This document shows, piece by piece, positions 19,801 through 28,224 of a stretch of DNA of 64,000 nt (the stretch's first letter is position 1; each line of letters begins with the position of its first letter). Both the position numbers and the translations under genes were made by a program. This DNA comes from Nitrospira sp. UBA2082 (GTDB lineage Bacteria > Nitrospirota > Nitrospiria > Nitrospirales > Nitrospiraceae), in contig DCZO01000014.1 of the NCBI GenBank assembly GCA_002331335.1, positions 277,088 through 341,087 on the forward strand, given 5' to 3'. A model generated the notes under the pieces. It ran no database searches. It was not told where the DNA came from and saw only the letters and a list, made by a program, of their open reading frames with translations.

Positions 19801-20481
19801 CGCGGCTCCTGTCCAGGAGTCGTATCGCATGGTTCCACCGCCAGAATCCACTACGAGAACAAGCCCATCGGCTGGAATCACGTGCATCCGTGCATATCCA
19901 CCCACTCCTGGAAGCGCTGGCATCCGCGTCCACGAATTGGTCGCTGGCAAGTACCGCTCTGGCGTGTCATTCTCATGACGTGTATCGTCACCCGCAGGAT
20001 GTCCGCCCACGGCCAGCAATTGTCCATTCGGTAGAGTCAAGATGGTTGGATACCATCGGCCTCCGCCAGTATCGTTCATCTCCTGACCGGGCTCTGGACC
20101 AAATCGAGCAATTTCAGAAAAACCGGGCGCGAACGGGTTGTAGACCCAACAGCGCCGTTCGGCTGTGAAGTGTCCAAGCATGCCATGTTCGCCTGGAGCC
20201 TCGGCCTCATATGTCGCTGTTCCGCCCCCGATCAGCAGTCGTCCATCGGCCATGAAGGCATGGCCACAACAAAACAGATCGGCTGGTGGAGATGACACGT
20301 ATGTGATGGCTTCTGTTCGGCAATTGAAACGGCGAGACTTATCAATGCTATTCATCAGTAATGCTGGTGGGCTGTGCTCGTCGCCGCCGAAATAGATTAC
20401 CTCGCCATCACCATTTGGAGTTGGCACAACAGCTGCGTGAATGGCACAGATTTCCGAATTAATAAGCGGTCCCCACGGCAT
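16852..20481 (-). CDS. 1209-aa copper radical oxidase (galactose/glyoxal oxidase-like kelch + DUF1929) fused to a ~720-aa uncharacterised C-terminal module
   Basis: DLFCCGH, GRWYPT, RNYHS...LLPDGRV, GSMTHS.N.DQR, APPGHYMLFL correspond to the Cys, Tyr, Tyr-His and His copper/cofactor positions of galactose oxidase; no signal peptide. Confidence 0.88.
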   Translation of the reverse strand: MPWGPLINSEICAIHAAVVPTPNGDGEVIYFGGDEHSPPALLMNSIDKSRRFNCRTEAITYVSSPPADLFCCGHAFMADGRLLIGGGTATYEAEAPGEHGMLGHFTAERRCWVYNPFAPGFSEIARFGPEPGQEMNDTGGGRWYPTILTLPNGQLLAVGGHPAGDDTRHENDTPERYLPATNSWTRMPALPGVGGYARMHVIPADGLVLVVDSGGGTMRYDSWTGAATVVTAGPAGGAISSVILPLSPEDNYRARILVTGAVQPMKLDLGATSPSWQNAGTRVGSAAGKVRNNSGAVLLPTGKVVVVGGAEDRANDATGVQAPELYDPVTDSWQTIEEPAQQVRNYHSTMLLLPDGRVWTAGSNVNSARTEGGVDRRVLNAEIFTPPYPAGTRPRISDCPSNVAYGQLFTVRSPEAASIRRAALIRCGSMTHSINLDQRCIELAIKGREGTALTLTAPPHGAVAPPGHYMLFLIDEGGRPCQYARFIRVGGAMYVITDRSHFSEMEVSTMGNPATFYDAFYVVMDGFVSGDAGLPGGPSILFQWGNGGGTVPGMSARLERTLFESGSASPGIGQKIVLVYSIRFTNVSAFSALGSAEIRSVSIIVQRGGHETRGNVTLFKRKNPYMVDGNPHWLSLDVRVLQIAQDETFASVTQEADVNAPYRFLDGVLAELRARPEGITHPFERDLKTDQAESPLELAPVLSGKKIYNYAFARVRYRAPVGQNAEHVRVFFRMFTTAAASMEFRPSTYPVYTTGSTVRPLIGLAGNEVVSIPFFAAARVGNLELQDDPQNVRPLNGTGSDEVEYFGCWLDINQPSTDIYRREPNANGTGGTGPLLSIQEHIIDQHQCLVAEVNFADDPIPPGATPGDNDNLAQRNLVIVKSDNPGGGDGHLVQHTFELRPSPVWPKLPEALPALSAQPTVIVPELAHGHHVAEAKAGAAGVSKPLMHDQLLVRWNNLPRESVARFYWPDVDVRELLEVASLKPSAGMCRLVDSHTVECRVGDVTLLPIPGNRVVNIPGLLSVQLPDTVREGQLFKISLHQISGTHRKVMGAFQFTIPVSRGPLLLAAEEHRLALLRHRASILAPGNRWVPVFGRYLDEIAARVRAFGGDPDRIVASPEGTGGHWSGTEVSDETGARVTGKVAEILYDCFGDFQGFVLDACGATRHTFHTREKAMEELVHRACRARARLTVIQYGAAGHQVVRIIWHCT

Positions 20482-20900
20482 TCGTCAGCCCTCCTCTGAG
20501 GTTATCTCCTATCAGCTTCCACAGGGGAGACATGGTTGTCTTGCCCCTCGATTGATTGAACTCTAAAAGTACGTCTAGCAATCGTTATGCCGCCCTGACA
20601 CCACCCATCTCATCGGAAGCACTCGCACCTATTTTTCTCAAAATCGATCTTTGATGAGCTTTAGTCTCTGCATCGCAGATACAATCATGAGCAAGGTATC
20701 CAATTGCTTGAACACACATGAGTGCTTCCTCGATCTTCGCGTCGTTGCTATCTCAGGAATGCTTTTTCAATCTTGAAACAGGTTCTTTTGTGAAGATCAA
20801 TCGATTAAGAAGCGATGCGAGTATATCCGTTAGGATACTGAGCGAACAAGATACAATGTCTTCGAAACTAGCAGTCCCGCATCCTGCCTACAGAACCTCA

Positions 20901-21066
20901 CCGCTCAAGCGGTTCATCCAGCAGGAATTGGAAACGTCGATCGCGCACTTGTTGGTCAAAGGAGAATTTCGGGATGGAGATACGGCAGCGGTCGATGTCA
21001 AAGACGGCGGAGTCGTCGTCGTACCGACCGTGACGGCGAAGTGAAGGCCCTCTAGCCGATCGAGAC
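20901..21066 (+). pseudogene. Direct repeat copy 2: decayed clpB 3' fragment
   Basis: PLKRFIQQELETSIAHLLVKGEFRDGD...TAK* versus [27 protein letters not shown]...TKE* in clpB. Confidence 0.93.
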
Positions 21067-21489
21067 GGCGCCGCCTTTCGCGTCGATGGTCTGGCCGGCC
21101 TTCGTCTGCTTCTCGATCTTCCATTGTTTGGCCGACACTTCGAAGAGATGGCCTTTCATCGTGTAAAACTCCGCGTGTGAGCACGACACAAGGCCGGGGG
21201 CTTTCACATCAAGTTGGAGCAACACCCTCCCCGAGTCCGTTTCCTTCAGGGCCACACGCTCGACGGTTTTGTTCACATCATAGGCGCGCCGCTCGTTGAA
21301 CATCAGCGTGCTGTCCACCATCTTGGCCAGCATCCGACCGTCCGCATCGAACAAGGCAAAGTTTACCAACAGCGCACCTGTTGAAGCATGCCGGGCCACC
21401 TGGATTTGCGGTACCCCTTCGATTTCGATCGTGCCGTCTGAATTGCGGTAGAGATTGGAGCCGACTTCGATATCCATGATCGGGGTCAA
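21052..21489 (-). CDS. Hypothetical beta-rich protein
   Basis: 145-aa ORF; its stop lies inside repeat copy 2. Confidence 0.75.
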   Translation of the reverse strand: MTPIMDIEVGSNLYRNSDGTIEIEGVPQIQVARHASTGALLVNFALFDADGRMLAKMVDSTLMFNERRAYDVNKTVERVALKETDSGRVLLQLDVKAPGLVSCSHAEFYTMKGHLFEVSAKQWKIEKQTKAGQTIDAKGGAVSIG

Positions 21490-21531
21490 GTACCAAATTT
21501 CAGGTGTCGAGTTTCGGTTGACTGATTTACG

Positions 21532-21744
21532 TCACGCTTTCTTGATGCGGTCGAGAATCAAGGCGATGCAGCCGGCCAGCAGGCCGCCTCCCATAATCGT
21601 GATCAGGAGTTCCGCAAGCTTGAGATCCCAGACAGAGCCTTGCGCCTCCATGACTTCTCGAATGCCGCCTTGCACCATAATGACGGAGAGCGCCATGGTC
21701 GCGCCCACCGTAAACCACCACAGAAATACTTTCAACGTTGCCAC
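21532..21744 (-). CDS. Small two-TM membrane protein
   Basis: RBS AAGGAG; two hydrophobic helices. Confidence 0.75.
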   Translation of the reverse strand: MATLKVFLWWFTVGATMALSVIMVQGGIREVMEAQGSVWDLKLAELLITIMGGGLLAGCIALILDRIKKA

Positions 21745-21755
21745 CGAAATACTCC

Positions 21756-23285
21756 TTATGCGTCCGGGCTGCGGTCGAACGAGCGGTACTGGATGGCCTC
21801 CGCCACATGCATGGCCTCAATCTTATCAGACTCGGCAAGATCGGCAATGGTGCGCGCGACGCGTAGAATGCGTCCGTGTGCCCGTGCCGATAGCCGTAGC
21901 CTGGTCATGGCCTGCTCAAGCAGATCTTGTGTCGGCTGATCCAGCCCACAATACCGTTTCAGCTGCCGCGGCTTCAATTGGGCATTCGTGTAGATGCCGT
22001 CGTTCCGATAGCGAAGACGCTGGCGGTCGCGAGCCGCCACGACCCGCGACCGGATCGCCGCCGACCCTTCGGTGGAAGGTTGTTCGCTCCGCAGTTCCCG
22101 AACCGGCACCGGCGGCACGTCCAGATGAAGATCCAGCCGGTCGAGCAGCGGGCCGGACAGTTTTGCCCGGTACCGGCGAATCTGCGCGACTGAGCAGACG
22201 CAGGGCCTCGTTCGGTCCCCGTAGTAGCCGCACGGGCACGGATTCATGGCCGCGACCAGCATGAACCGCGCAGGGTACTTGAGTGACCCGCTGGCCCTCG
22301 TCAACGTGACGTGGCCGTCTTCCAGCGGCTGCCGCAACCCCTCCAGTACGCCCCGTTTGAATTCCGGCGATTCGTCGAGAAACAGCACCCCGTTATGGGC
22401 CAACGAAACTTCGCCGGGTCTCGGCACCGTGCCACCGCCGACGAGACCGGCGTCGGAAATGCTGTGATGCGGAGCGCGGAAAGGACGCACTGTCAGTAAG
22501 GGCCGCGCAGGCGCCAGTTGACCGGCGACACTGTGCACCCGCGTCGTTTCAATGGCTTCATCCAAATCCAGAAGAGGCAGAATCGACGGCAGACGGCGCG
22601 CCAGCATCGTCTTACCGGACCCGGGAGGGCCGACCATCAACACGTTATGCCCGCCTGCCGCCGCGACTTCGAGCGCCCGTTTCGCGTGATCCTGTCCACG
22701 CACGTCGCTGAAGTCTTCGTCCTCGATCGGTCGGCCGGACTCGATCATGCCGCGGTTCGACACGCACGGCGCGATCGCTTGGCCTCCTCTCAAAAACTCC
22801 ACCGCCTCGGGTAATGTCTGAATGGGATACACGCACACCCCGTCGACCAGCGAGGCTTCGGGGCCGTTTTCAGCCGGCAGCAACAATTCGAATCCTTTGC
22901 GGCACACCAAGCCGAATGACAACGACCCGGTGACCGGCTTCACGCGTCCGTCGAGCGAGAGTTCTCCGATCAGCACGCGCCGGTTCAGCGCCTCCGGCGA
23001 AATGACTTCTTCCGCGACGAGAATACCAACCGCGATCGCCAAATCCAGTCCCGATCCTTCTTTCTTGATCCCCGCCGGCGCGAGATTGACCGTGATGCGT
23101 TTGGCGGGAAAGTGGAAGCCGCTGTTCTTCAGTGCGGAGCGGACCCGATCACGGCTTTCCTTCACCGTCGCGTCGGGCAAGCCGACGACGGAAAATTGCG
23201 GGAGGCCGCCCGCAATATCGACTTCGACATCCACCAGGTGGGCATCGAGACCGACGAGCGCTGCGCTCGTCACCTTAGCGAGCAT
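21756..23285 (-). CDS. comM: YifB/ComM Mg-chelatase-like AAA+ ATPase
   Basis: MLAKVTSA...GLPDATVKESRDRV, GPPGSGKTML, PFRAPHH, GEVSLAHNGVLFLDE, MNPCPCG. Confidence 0.95.
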   Translation of the reverse strand: MLAKVTSAALVGLDAHLVDVEVDIAGGLPQFSVVGLPDATVKESRDRVRSALKNSGFHFPAKRITVNLAPAGIKKEGSGLDLAIAVGILVAEEVISPEALNRRVLIGELSLDGRVKPVTGSLSFGLVCRKGFELLLPAENGPEASLVDGVCVYPIQTLPEAVEFLRGGQAIAPCVSNRGMIESGRPIEDEDFSDVRGQDHAKRALEVAAAGGHNVLMVGPPGSGKTMLARRLPSILPLLDLDEAIETTRVHSVAGQLAPARPLLTVRPFRAPHHSISDAGLVGGGTVPRPGEVSLAHNGVLFLDESPEFKRGVLEGLRQPLEDGHVTLTRASGSLKYPARFMLVAAMNPCPCGYYGDRTRPCVCSVAQIRRYRAKLSGPLLDRLDLHLDVPPVPVRELRSEQPSTEGSAAIRSRVVAARDRQRLRYRNDGIYTNAQLKPRQLKRYCGLDQPTQDLLEQAMTRLRLSARAHGRILRVARTIADLAESDKIEAMHVAEAIQYRSFDRSPDA

Positions 23286-23412
23286 GCAAGAGCCAGCCTT
23301 TCCACGCTGAAATGAGGCGCGATTATAGGAATTCTTCCGAAGTGTTTCAATAGAACGGTCGGGCAGCACCGGCGCTAACATCTTGTGGCCGAACGCGGTA
23401 TAATCCGCCCCC

Positions 23413-24075
23413 ATGCACCTCTGGTCCTTCTCCCAGAAGGAACCCTTCGTTGGGATCGTGCCACGATCGACACGTAGACTCCGGCTGGCCTGTCTTAGTA
23501 TGGGGATGCTTGTGGTTCATGCTACCAACGGTGTACTTCCGGAGAGACCATCTGCCTTCGCCTCACCCGCTCCCATTCAGATACAGCGATCGGGAAAAGC
23601 CGCCTCCCCTCACGTGGGCGCGGCGATGGCTGTGCTCGCGACACTCGAACAGTCGCGCGTGCTTCCTCCTGAAGGCACCGTGGAGGCCAATCGCATCATC
23701 AAGTCCGTCATCCAACTGCAATCCCTGTTCACCAACAAGACGGACCCCGCAGTGCAGGAGTTCTTGCAACATGCGGTGGCACGCAAACACGGAGATCGGA
23801 CGGCACAGGTTGTGACGCAGTTTCACTCAGGCGGCTGGACTCCGGACGTGCTGGAAGCGCTCGCCGATGCGGTCCTCCTGAGCCCAACGGAAGTGCTTGC
23901 GCGGCTCGCGCCGGGGCTTGCATTAGTGAACCTCTCGGTGGATGACTTGCAGCACTTCATGCAACTGGTTCGGAACAGCGAGCGGGCGCTGGCAGATGCC
24001 GGGAAGAATTTTCATGATGTCTTTATCTCCCACCGAAAGATGATGCCGGGAGCGGCAGGACGGTCACTACACTAA
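23413..24075 (+). CDS. Hypothetical protein, probably exported
   Basis: 220-aa helical ORF with a signal-like segment; start uncertain. Confidence 0.65.
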   Translation: MHLWSFSQKEPFVGIVPRSTRRLRLACLSMGMLVVHATNGVLPERPSAFASPAPIQIQRSGKAASPHVGAAMAVLATLEQSRVLPPEGTVEANRIIKSVIQLQSLFTNKTDPAVQEFLQHAVARKHGDRTAQVVTQFHSGGWTPDVLEALADAVLLSPTEVLARLAPGLALVNLSVDDLQHFMQLVRNSERALADAGKNFHDVFISHRKMMPGAAGRSLH

Positions 24076-24085
24076 GGAGGACCCC

Positions 24086-24319
24086 ATGGCAACCAGAGCA
24101 TATATCCTCATTAAGGTCAAAGCCGGGAAAGCCAAAGACGTGGTCGCGGCTTTGAAACGCATCCCCGGTGTTGAACATGCTCACCCCTGTTTCGGCCGTC
24201 CTGACATCTTCGTCTTCATCAGCGTACAGGACGAACGGGCACTCTCGGACGTCGTCATCACCAAGATCCATGCCATCGACGGCGTCGAAGAGACCGATAC
24301 GCATATCGTGGCCGAGTAG
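24086..24319 (+). CDS. Lrp/AsnC ligand-binding domain protein
   Basis: RBS AAGGAGG; AYILIKV...GRPDIFV...IDGVEETDTHI pattern; no HTH. Confidence 0.85.
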   Translation: MATRAYILIKVKAGKAKDVVAALKRIPGVEHAHPCFGRPDIFVFISVQDERALSDVVITKIHAIDGVEETDTHIVAE

Positions 24320-24333
24320 TAAGCGCGATGACG

Positions 24334-24419
24334 CGTCATGCGTCAACCGTCAATCGGTGATGAAATGACAACTGCTCACACGCCATCACCACCTCCGTTT
24401 GACGAATGACGATTGACGA
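24334..24419. repeat. Inverted pair of CGTCA(A/T)N heptamer arrays
   Basis: CGTCATG-CGTCAAC-CGTCAAT ... TTGACGA-ATGACGA-TTGACGA. Confidence 0.65.
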
Positions 24420-25389
24420 TCACGGAGGCGCCGCCTGCCCAGGCTGAGCGGTAACAGGCCTCCGCGATCTCGACGGCACGGCAACCGTCTTCTCCGGTGA
24501 TCGGCATAGGCGTGCCATCCTCGATCGCCCGGAGAAATGCCGTGAGGGTGGCGAGGACCGTCTGAGAGGGAGGACACTCCTTCTCTTCTCTGATCTCACC
24601 GGTGCCGCTGGTCCAACGCAGTCGGCGGCGGGGCCAATCCCCCTGGAGCCTCCCCTGCGATCCAATCCATTCAACCACTCCAACACGTTCTCCCGGCAGC
24701 CTCGCGATGTCGAGGATACACACCGTCCCGCCTTGCGTCACAAGTTGCGCAGAGACGATCGTCTCCGGTGCGGCAGGAGGAAGCTGATTCATGGTGCAGC
24801 GAACGTCCCGCACCTCATCGCCGGTCAGAAAACGAACCGCATCGAGCATGTGGATACCGATTTCTATCAACGCGCCCCGCTTGCCGTAACCCTCGGCATG
24901 GTCCGGGGCCGTCGCTTTCGGTTCGATGTGGCTGGTCAAGAGCAGCCGCTCCGATCGCCCGATTACTGCTCGACGCGTCCGCACTTCCTGGATCGTCGTG
25001 TCGAACCGCAGCGTCTGCGCCGTCATAATCGGTACTCCGGCGTCACGGGCTGATGCCACCATAGCTCGTGCATCCTCTGCTGAGGCCGCCAGCGGCTTCT
25101 CGATCAAGACCGGCTTGCGCGCCTGGACCGCCAGCCGGCAGATGTCGCGGGAAAAGACCGGCGGGGTGACGGCGATGATCGCCTCAACCGACGGATCGTC
25201 GATGAGGGCGCGAACCTCTCCATACACGCTGACCGCCTCCGCCCCGGGAAGGTCAAGTCCCTGTTCCGGATGCCGGCGGCACACCGCCTTGAGCGCGGCG
25301 GTCGGCGCATCATGCAGCAGGTGCCGGGCATAGCGCATTCCATGGCGCCCAACGCCGATCAATCCGATTCCAAGCTGCCTTTTCTTCAT
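24376..25389 (-). CDS. Gfo/Idh/MocA family oxidoreductase
   Basis: GLIGVGRHG Rossmann motif, VLIEKPLA, IGIHMLD. Confidence 0.92.
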   Translation of the reverse strand: MKKRQLGIGLIGVGRHGMRYARHLLHDAPTAALKAVCRRHPEQGLDLPGAEAVSVYGEVRALIDDPSVEAIIAVTPPVFSRDICRLAVQARKPVLIEKPLAASAEDARAMVASARDAGVPIMTAQTLRFDTTIQEVRTRRAVIGRSERLLLTSHIEPKATAPDHAEGYGKRGALIEIGIHMLDAVRFLTGDEVRDVRCTMNQLPPAAPETIVSAQLVTQGGTVCILDIARLPGERVGVVEWIGSQGRLQGDWPRRRLRWTSGTGEIREEKECPPSQTVLATLTAFLRAIEDGTPMPITGEDGCRAVEIAEACYRSAWAGGASVIVNRHSSNGGGDGV

Positions 25390-25448
25390 CTTCCCCCACG
25401 TGTCTGATACACATTTCGGCAAGAATCATCCGCCGGTCTGGTTCCCTA

Positions 25449-25476
25449 CCATCGGCCATAAGCCATACGCCATCAG
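25449..25476 (+). repeat. Heptamer tandem array
   Basis: CCATCGG-CCATAAG-CCATACG-CCATCAG. Confidence 0.6.
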
Positions 25477-25541
25477 CTCGGATCTTCCGCCGAGATAGGG
25501 TCCGTTGACATTCCCGCAAACGGCTCCCTATAGTCAACCCT

Positions 25542-26342
25542 ATGACTCCTACACAGACTGCCCCTTTTACTTTGCCACAGATCGGGACCGGGACCGCGCG
25601 GTTCCCCAGCGGCGTTCCGATCCCCACACACACCGACCAAATGGTCGATCCCTATTTCAGAACCAGGATGCCGAAGGAACATCAGATCGACAGCCTGCTG
25701 TTCTGGCCACAAGTCCAGGGTATCTATCCCGGCCTGGTGCTCCTCCACGATTGGTGGGGGCTGACCGGACAAATGAAAGACCTCGGCGCCCGGCTCGCCT
25801 GCGAGGGCTATGTGGTCATCATTCCCAATCTGTACGGCCGGCAAGGCGGCATGGTCACGGCCAATGATGAGGTTGCAGCGGCCTTAATGGACAAACAGAA
25901 CGAGACGAACGTACTCACCGACATCAATTCCTGTTGTGAATATCTGAATACCCGCACCTTCGCGAAACGGAACATTCACGGCGTTGTCGGCTACGGCATG
26001 GGCGGCACGTACGCATTGCGGTTTGCCTGCACCCGGAAGCGGCTGCGGGCCGCCGTGTCCTACTACGGCAAGACGATTCAGCCGTTGGAATCGGTGAAGG
26101 ACCTCTCCGGGTCCTTCTTGTATCACCAGGCCGGCCAAGATTCCTGGGCCACCAATGAGGAGATTGCCTCCTTGCAGGCGGCCTGCTCGGAATATGGAAA
26201 GAAGACCGAAATTCATACGTATCAGGATGCTGCTCAGGCCTTCTGTAACGAGATGAAACCCGCCGCCTATCGAGCCGATGCGACGGCCTTGGCCTGGGAA
26301 CGAACCGCCACGTTTCTCAAAACCTGCTTTCAAGGGACCTAG
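25542..26342 (+). CDS. Dienelactone hydrolase-family protein with substituted catalytic residues
   Basis: LLHDWWGL, YVVIIPNLY, AAVSYYG; nucleophile elbow GYGMGG rather than GFCxGG; AQAF rather than HAF. Confidence 0.88.
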   Translation: MTPTQTAPFTLPQIGTGTARFPSGVPIPTHTDQMVDPYFRTRMPKEHQIDSLLFWPQVQGIYPGLVLLHDWWGLTGQMKDLGARLACEGYVVIIPNLYGRQGGMVTANDEVAAALMDKQNETNVLTDINSCCEYLNTRTFAKRNIHGVVGYGMGGTYALRFACTRKRLRAAVSYYGKTIQPLESVKDLSGSFLYHQAGQDSWATNEEIASLQAACSEYGKKTEIHTYQDAAQAFCNEMKPAAYRADATALAWERTATFLKTCFQGT

Positions 26343-26380
26343 ACAGACACGCCCCCACCTCATTCGTACCGAGTGTTACA

Positions 26381-27343
26381 ATGCGAAATACGCCGATGCA
26401 CAGCCGTCCCAACCTGCCTGGAACGGGAACCATTCTCTTGGCGGCGGCGCTCTGCCTCGTGACCCCGATGACGGCAGTCGCTGCGGGAAAATCTTCACCG
26501 GAACTTGTATCAAAGATTGTCGTCGACCACGGCGCCCAACTCGCTGGAGTGAATTCCACTGCCAGCGCCATGGCACTGTTCACCAGCACCGTCGGCCCGG
26601 CGCTGGGCTTGAACGATGTGGCCCGTATTCTCGGCGCGAAGGGACTGTCAGCCCAGGCGGCGAAAGACCTCCGCCTCACCGAATTGTCTCAATCTGCTCA
26701 GGAACTGATGGCAGCCCTGGCGGCCTGGCAACTTGCCGACTCTCGCAGCCGACCGACTGAAGAAACGGCATCGCCATCCGTTCCTGCTTCAGAACGGCAG
26801 GACTGGATCAGCGGCACCAGCCGACTCGCAAGTCTCAACGGCTTCTTCCGGTTGATGGCGGAGCCCTCCGCTGCTGATCCGACGCAAGCAGTGCCCCACA
26901 CACAGCGAACTGAACTGCTCCTTGCGTCCCAGCAGGTGGCAATGGAGGCGCATCAACGAGCGCTCGCGGCTTGGTGGTCACTGGCTGAATGGAAAGACGG
27001 GGTCCGGCAAGCCAGAGGTCTCGCCCGCCTCTGCGGGACCTGGCAGTGGATCATCCACAACCACCACAATCACCAGGAACAGAAAATGACCATCGTCTTC
27101 CCTCCAGCCGGGCAGACATTGCCCAACGTGTCCGTACCGGCCGAAGCCGTCGTACTCGGCGACAGCATTTATTTGCGGTGGGAGGAACGAGGCTATGTGC
27201 AGGAAGACAGTTTGCTGTTCGTCACGGAAGGACACAAGAAAGATACGCTCGATGAGCCGATGAAGCTGGAAGGATCGTTTGCGAATAACACCGGGGGCTG
27301 GGGACCGATTTCCGCCAAACGCACCGCCAAGTGTCAGCCCTAG
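26381..27343 (+). CDS. Exported hypothetical protein
   Basis: Signal peptide, helical N-terminal part, beta-rich C-terminal part (CGTWQWIIHNHHNH). Confidence 0.75.
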   Translation: MRNTPMHSRPNLPGTGTILLAAALCLVTPMTAVAAGKSSPELVSKIVVDHGAQLAGVNSTASAMALFTSTVGPALGLNDVARILGAKGLSAQAAKDLRLTELSQSAQELMAALAAWQLADSRSRPTEETASPSVPASERQDWISGTSRLASLNGFFRLMAEPSAADPTQAVPHTQRTELLLASQQVAMEAHQRALAAWWSLAEWKDGVRQARGLARLCGTWQWIIHNHHNHQEQKMTIVFPPAGQTLPNVSVPAEAVVLGDSIYLRWEERGYVQEDSLLFVTEGHKKDTLDEPMKLEGSFANNTGGWGPISAKRTAKCQP

Positions 27344-27415
27344 AAGCCCTGACAAACATATCTCGTCGTTTGCGAGATACGCGTCACGCTTCACGAACGA
27401 CGCGCAAGCTTTAGC

Positions 27416-27802
27416 CTATTTTCTCTGCCACAGCCGCCAACCGAACAGACCCCAGCCGATGATAAACGTCAGTCCACCCAGCGGCGTGATCGGCCCCATC
27501 CACTTCTGCCCTGCCAGCGCAATCCCGTAGAGACTGCCGCAGAACATCACCATCCCTGCGGTAAAAATCCATCCCGCCGTCACCAACCGATGATCGCCGA
27601 AGAGCCTCGCCGCTATTCCAGCCAGAATCATCCCGAACGCATGGTACATCTGGTAGCGAGTGCCCGTATCGTAGGCGGCCAACATCGGCGGCTCCAGCAT
27701 GGTCTTGAGCATATGGGCCCCGAACGCCCCGGCCGCAACACCGATGCCCGCCAGGAGACAACCGACCGCAATCAATCGCCGCGATGATGTATCCACATCC
27801 AT
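27416..27802 (-). CDS. DUF423/YgdD (TMEM256-like) membrane protein
   Basis: GVAAGAFGAH, YQMYHA, FCGSLY, GPITPLGG motifs. Confidence 0.92.
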   Translation of the reverse strand: MDVDTSSRRLIAVGCLLAGIGVAAGAFGAHMLKTMLEPPMLAAYDTGTRYQMYHAFGMILAGIAARLFGDHRLVTAGWIFTAGMVMFCGSLYGIALAGQKWMGPITPLGGLTFIIGWGLFGWRLWQRK

Positions 27803-27932
27803 AACTGCATTCCCTCACGTTTCTTTCATTGGGGCCAATAGACCGCGGCATCATAGCGCGATCACCCTTGGGCTTCTAGCATGAAGATCGGCGCGTATGG
27901 CCGAAAGCGAATGGGCTCGTGGTCGGAAACAG

Positions 27933-27974
27933 ACTTGATCCTAGCTTCTTGCTCCTTGTCCCTTGATCCTCGCT
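27933..27974 (+). repeat. Six-unit heptamer tandem array at the left edge of the accessory region
   Basis: ACTTGAT-CCTAGCT-TCTTGCT-CCTTGTC-CCTTGAT-CCTCGCT. Confidence 0.55.
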
Positions 27975-28224
27975 AGGGCTGACCGGACATGTCATATCGA
28001 CCTTATCGATAGATCCAAGCGATCCTAACCATAAGAGGAATAGAGTAATCCTACGCACCGGTGTTACCGTTCCGACCACATGAGTGAGGAAGGTAAGTGG
28101 GTTTCAGACACAATCCGCTCGACACACTCACGTTGCGGGGTGACTAAGGAGCATGTCGTGCGATTGCAATCCATGCAAAGATTCCTGACCCTTTCACCTT
28201 CAGTACGTTCGGCCGTGAAGGCTC

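Noticed and set aside
20718-21044. 108-aa ORF ending in ClpB-like sequence
   Set aside because: A chance in-frame read-through from AT-rich spacer into the decayed clpB repeat; no RBS, and the ClpB part carries deleterious-looking substitutions.
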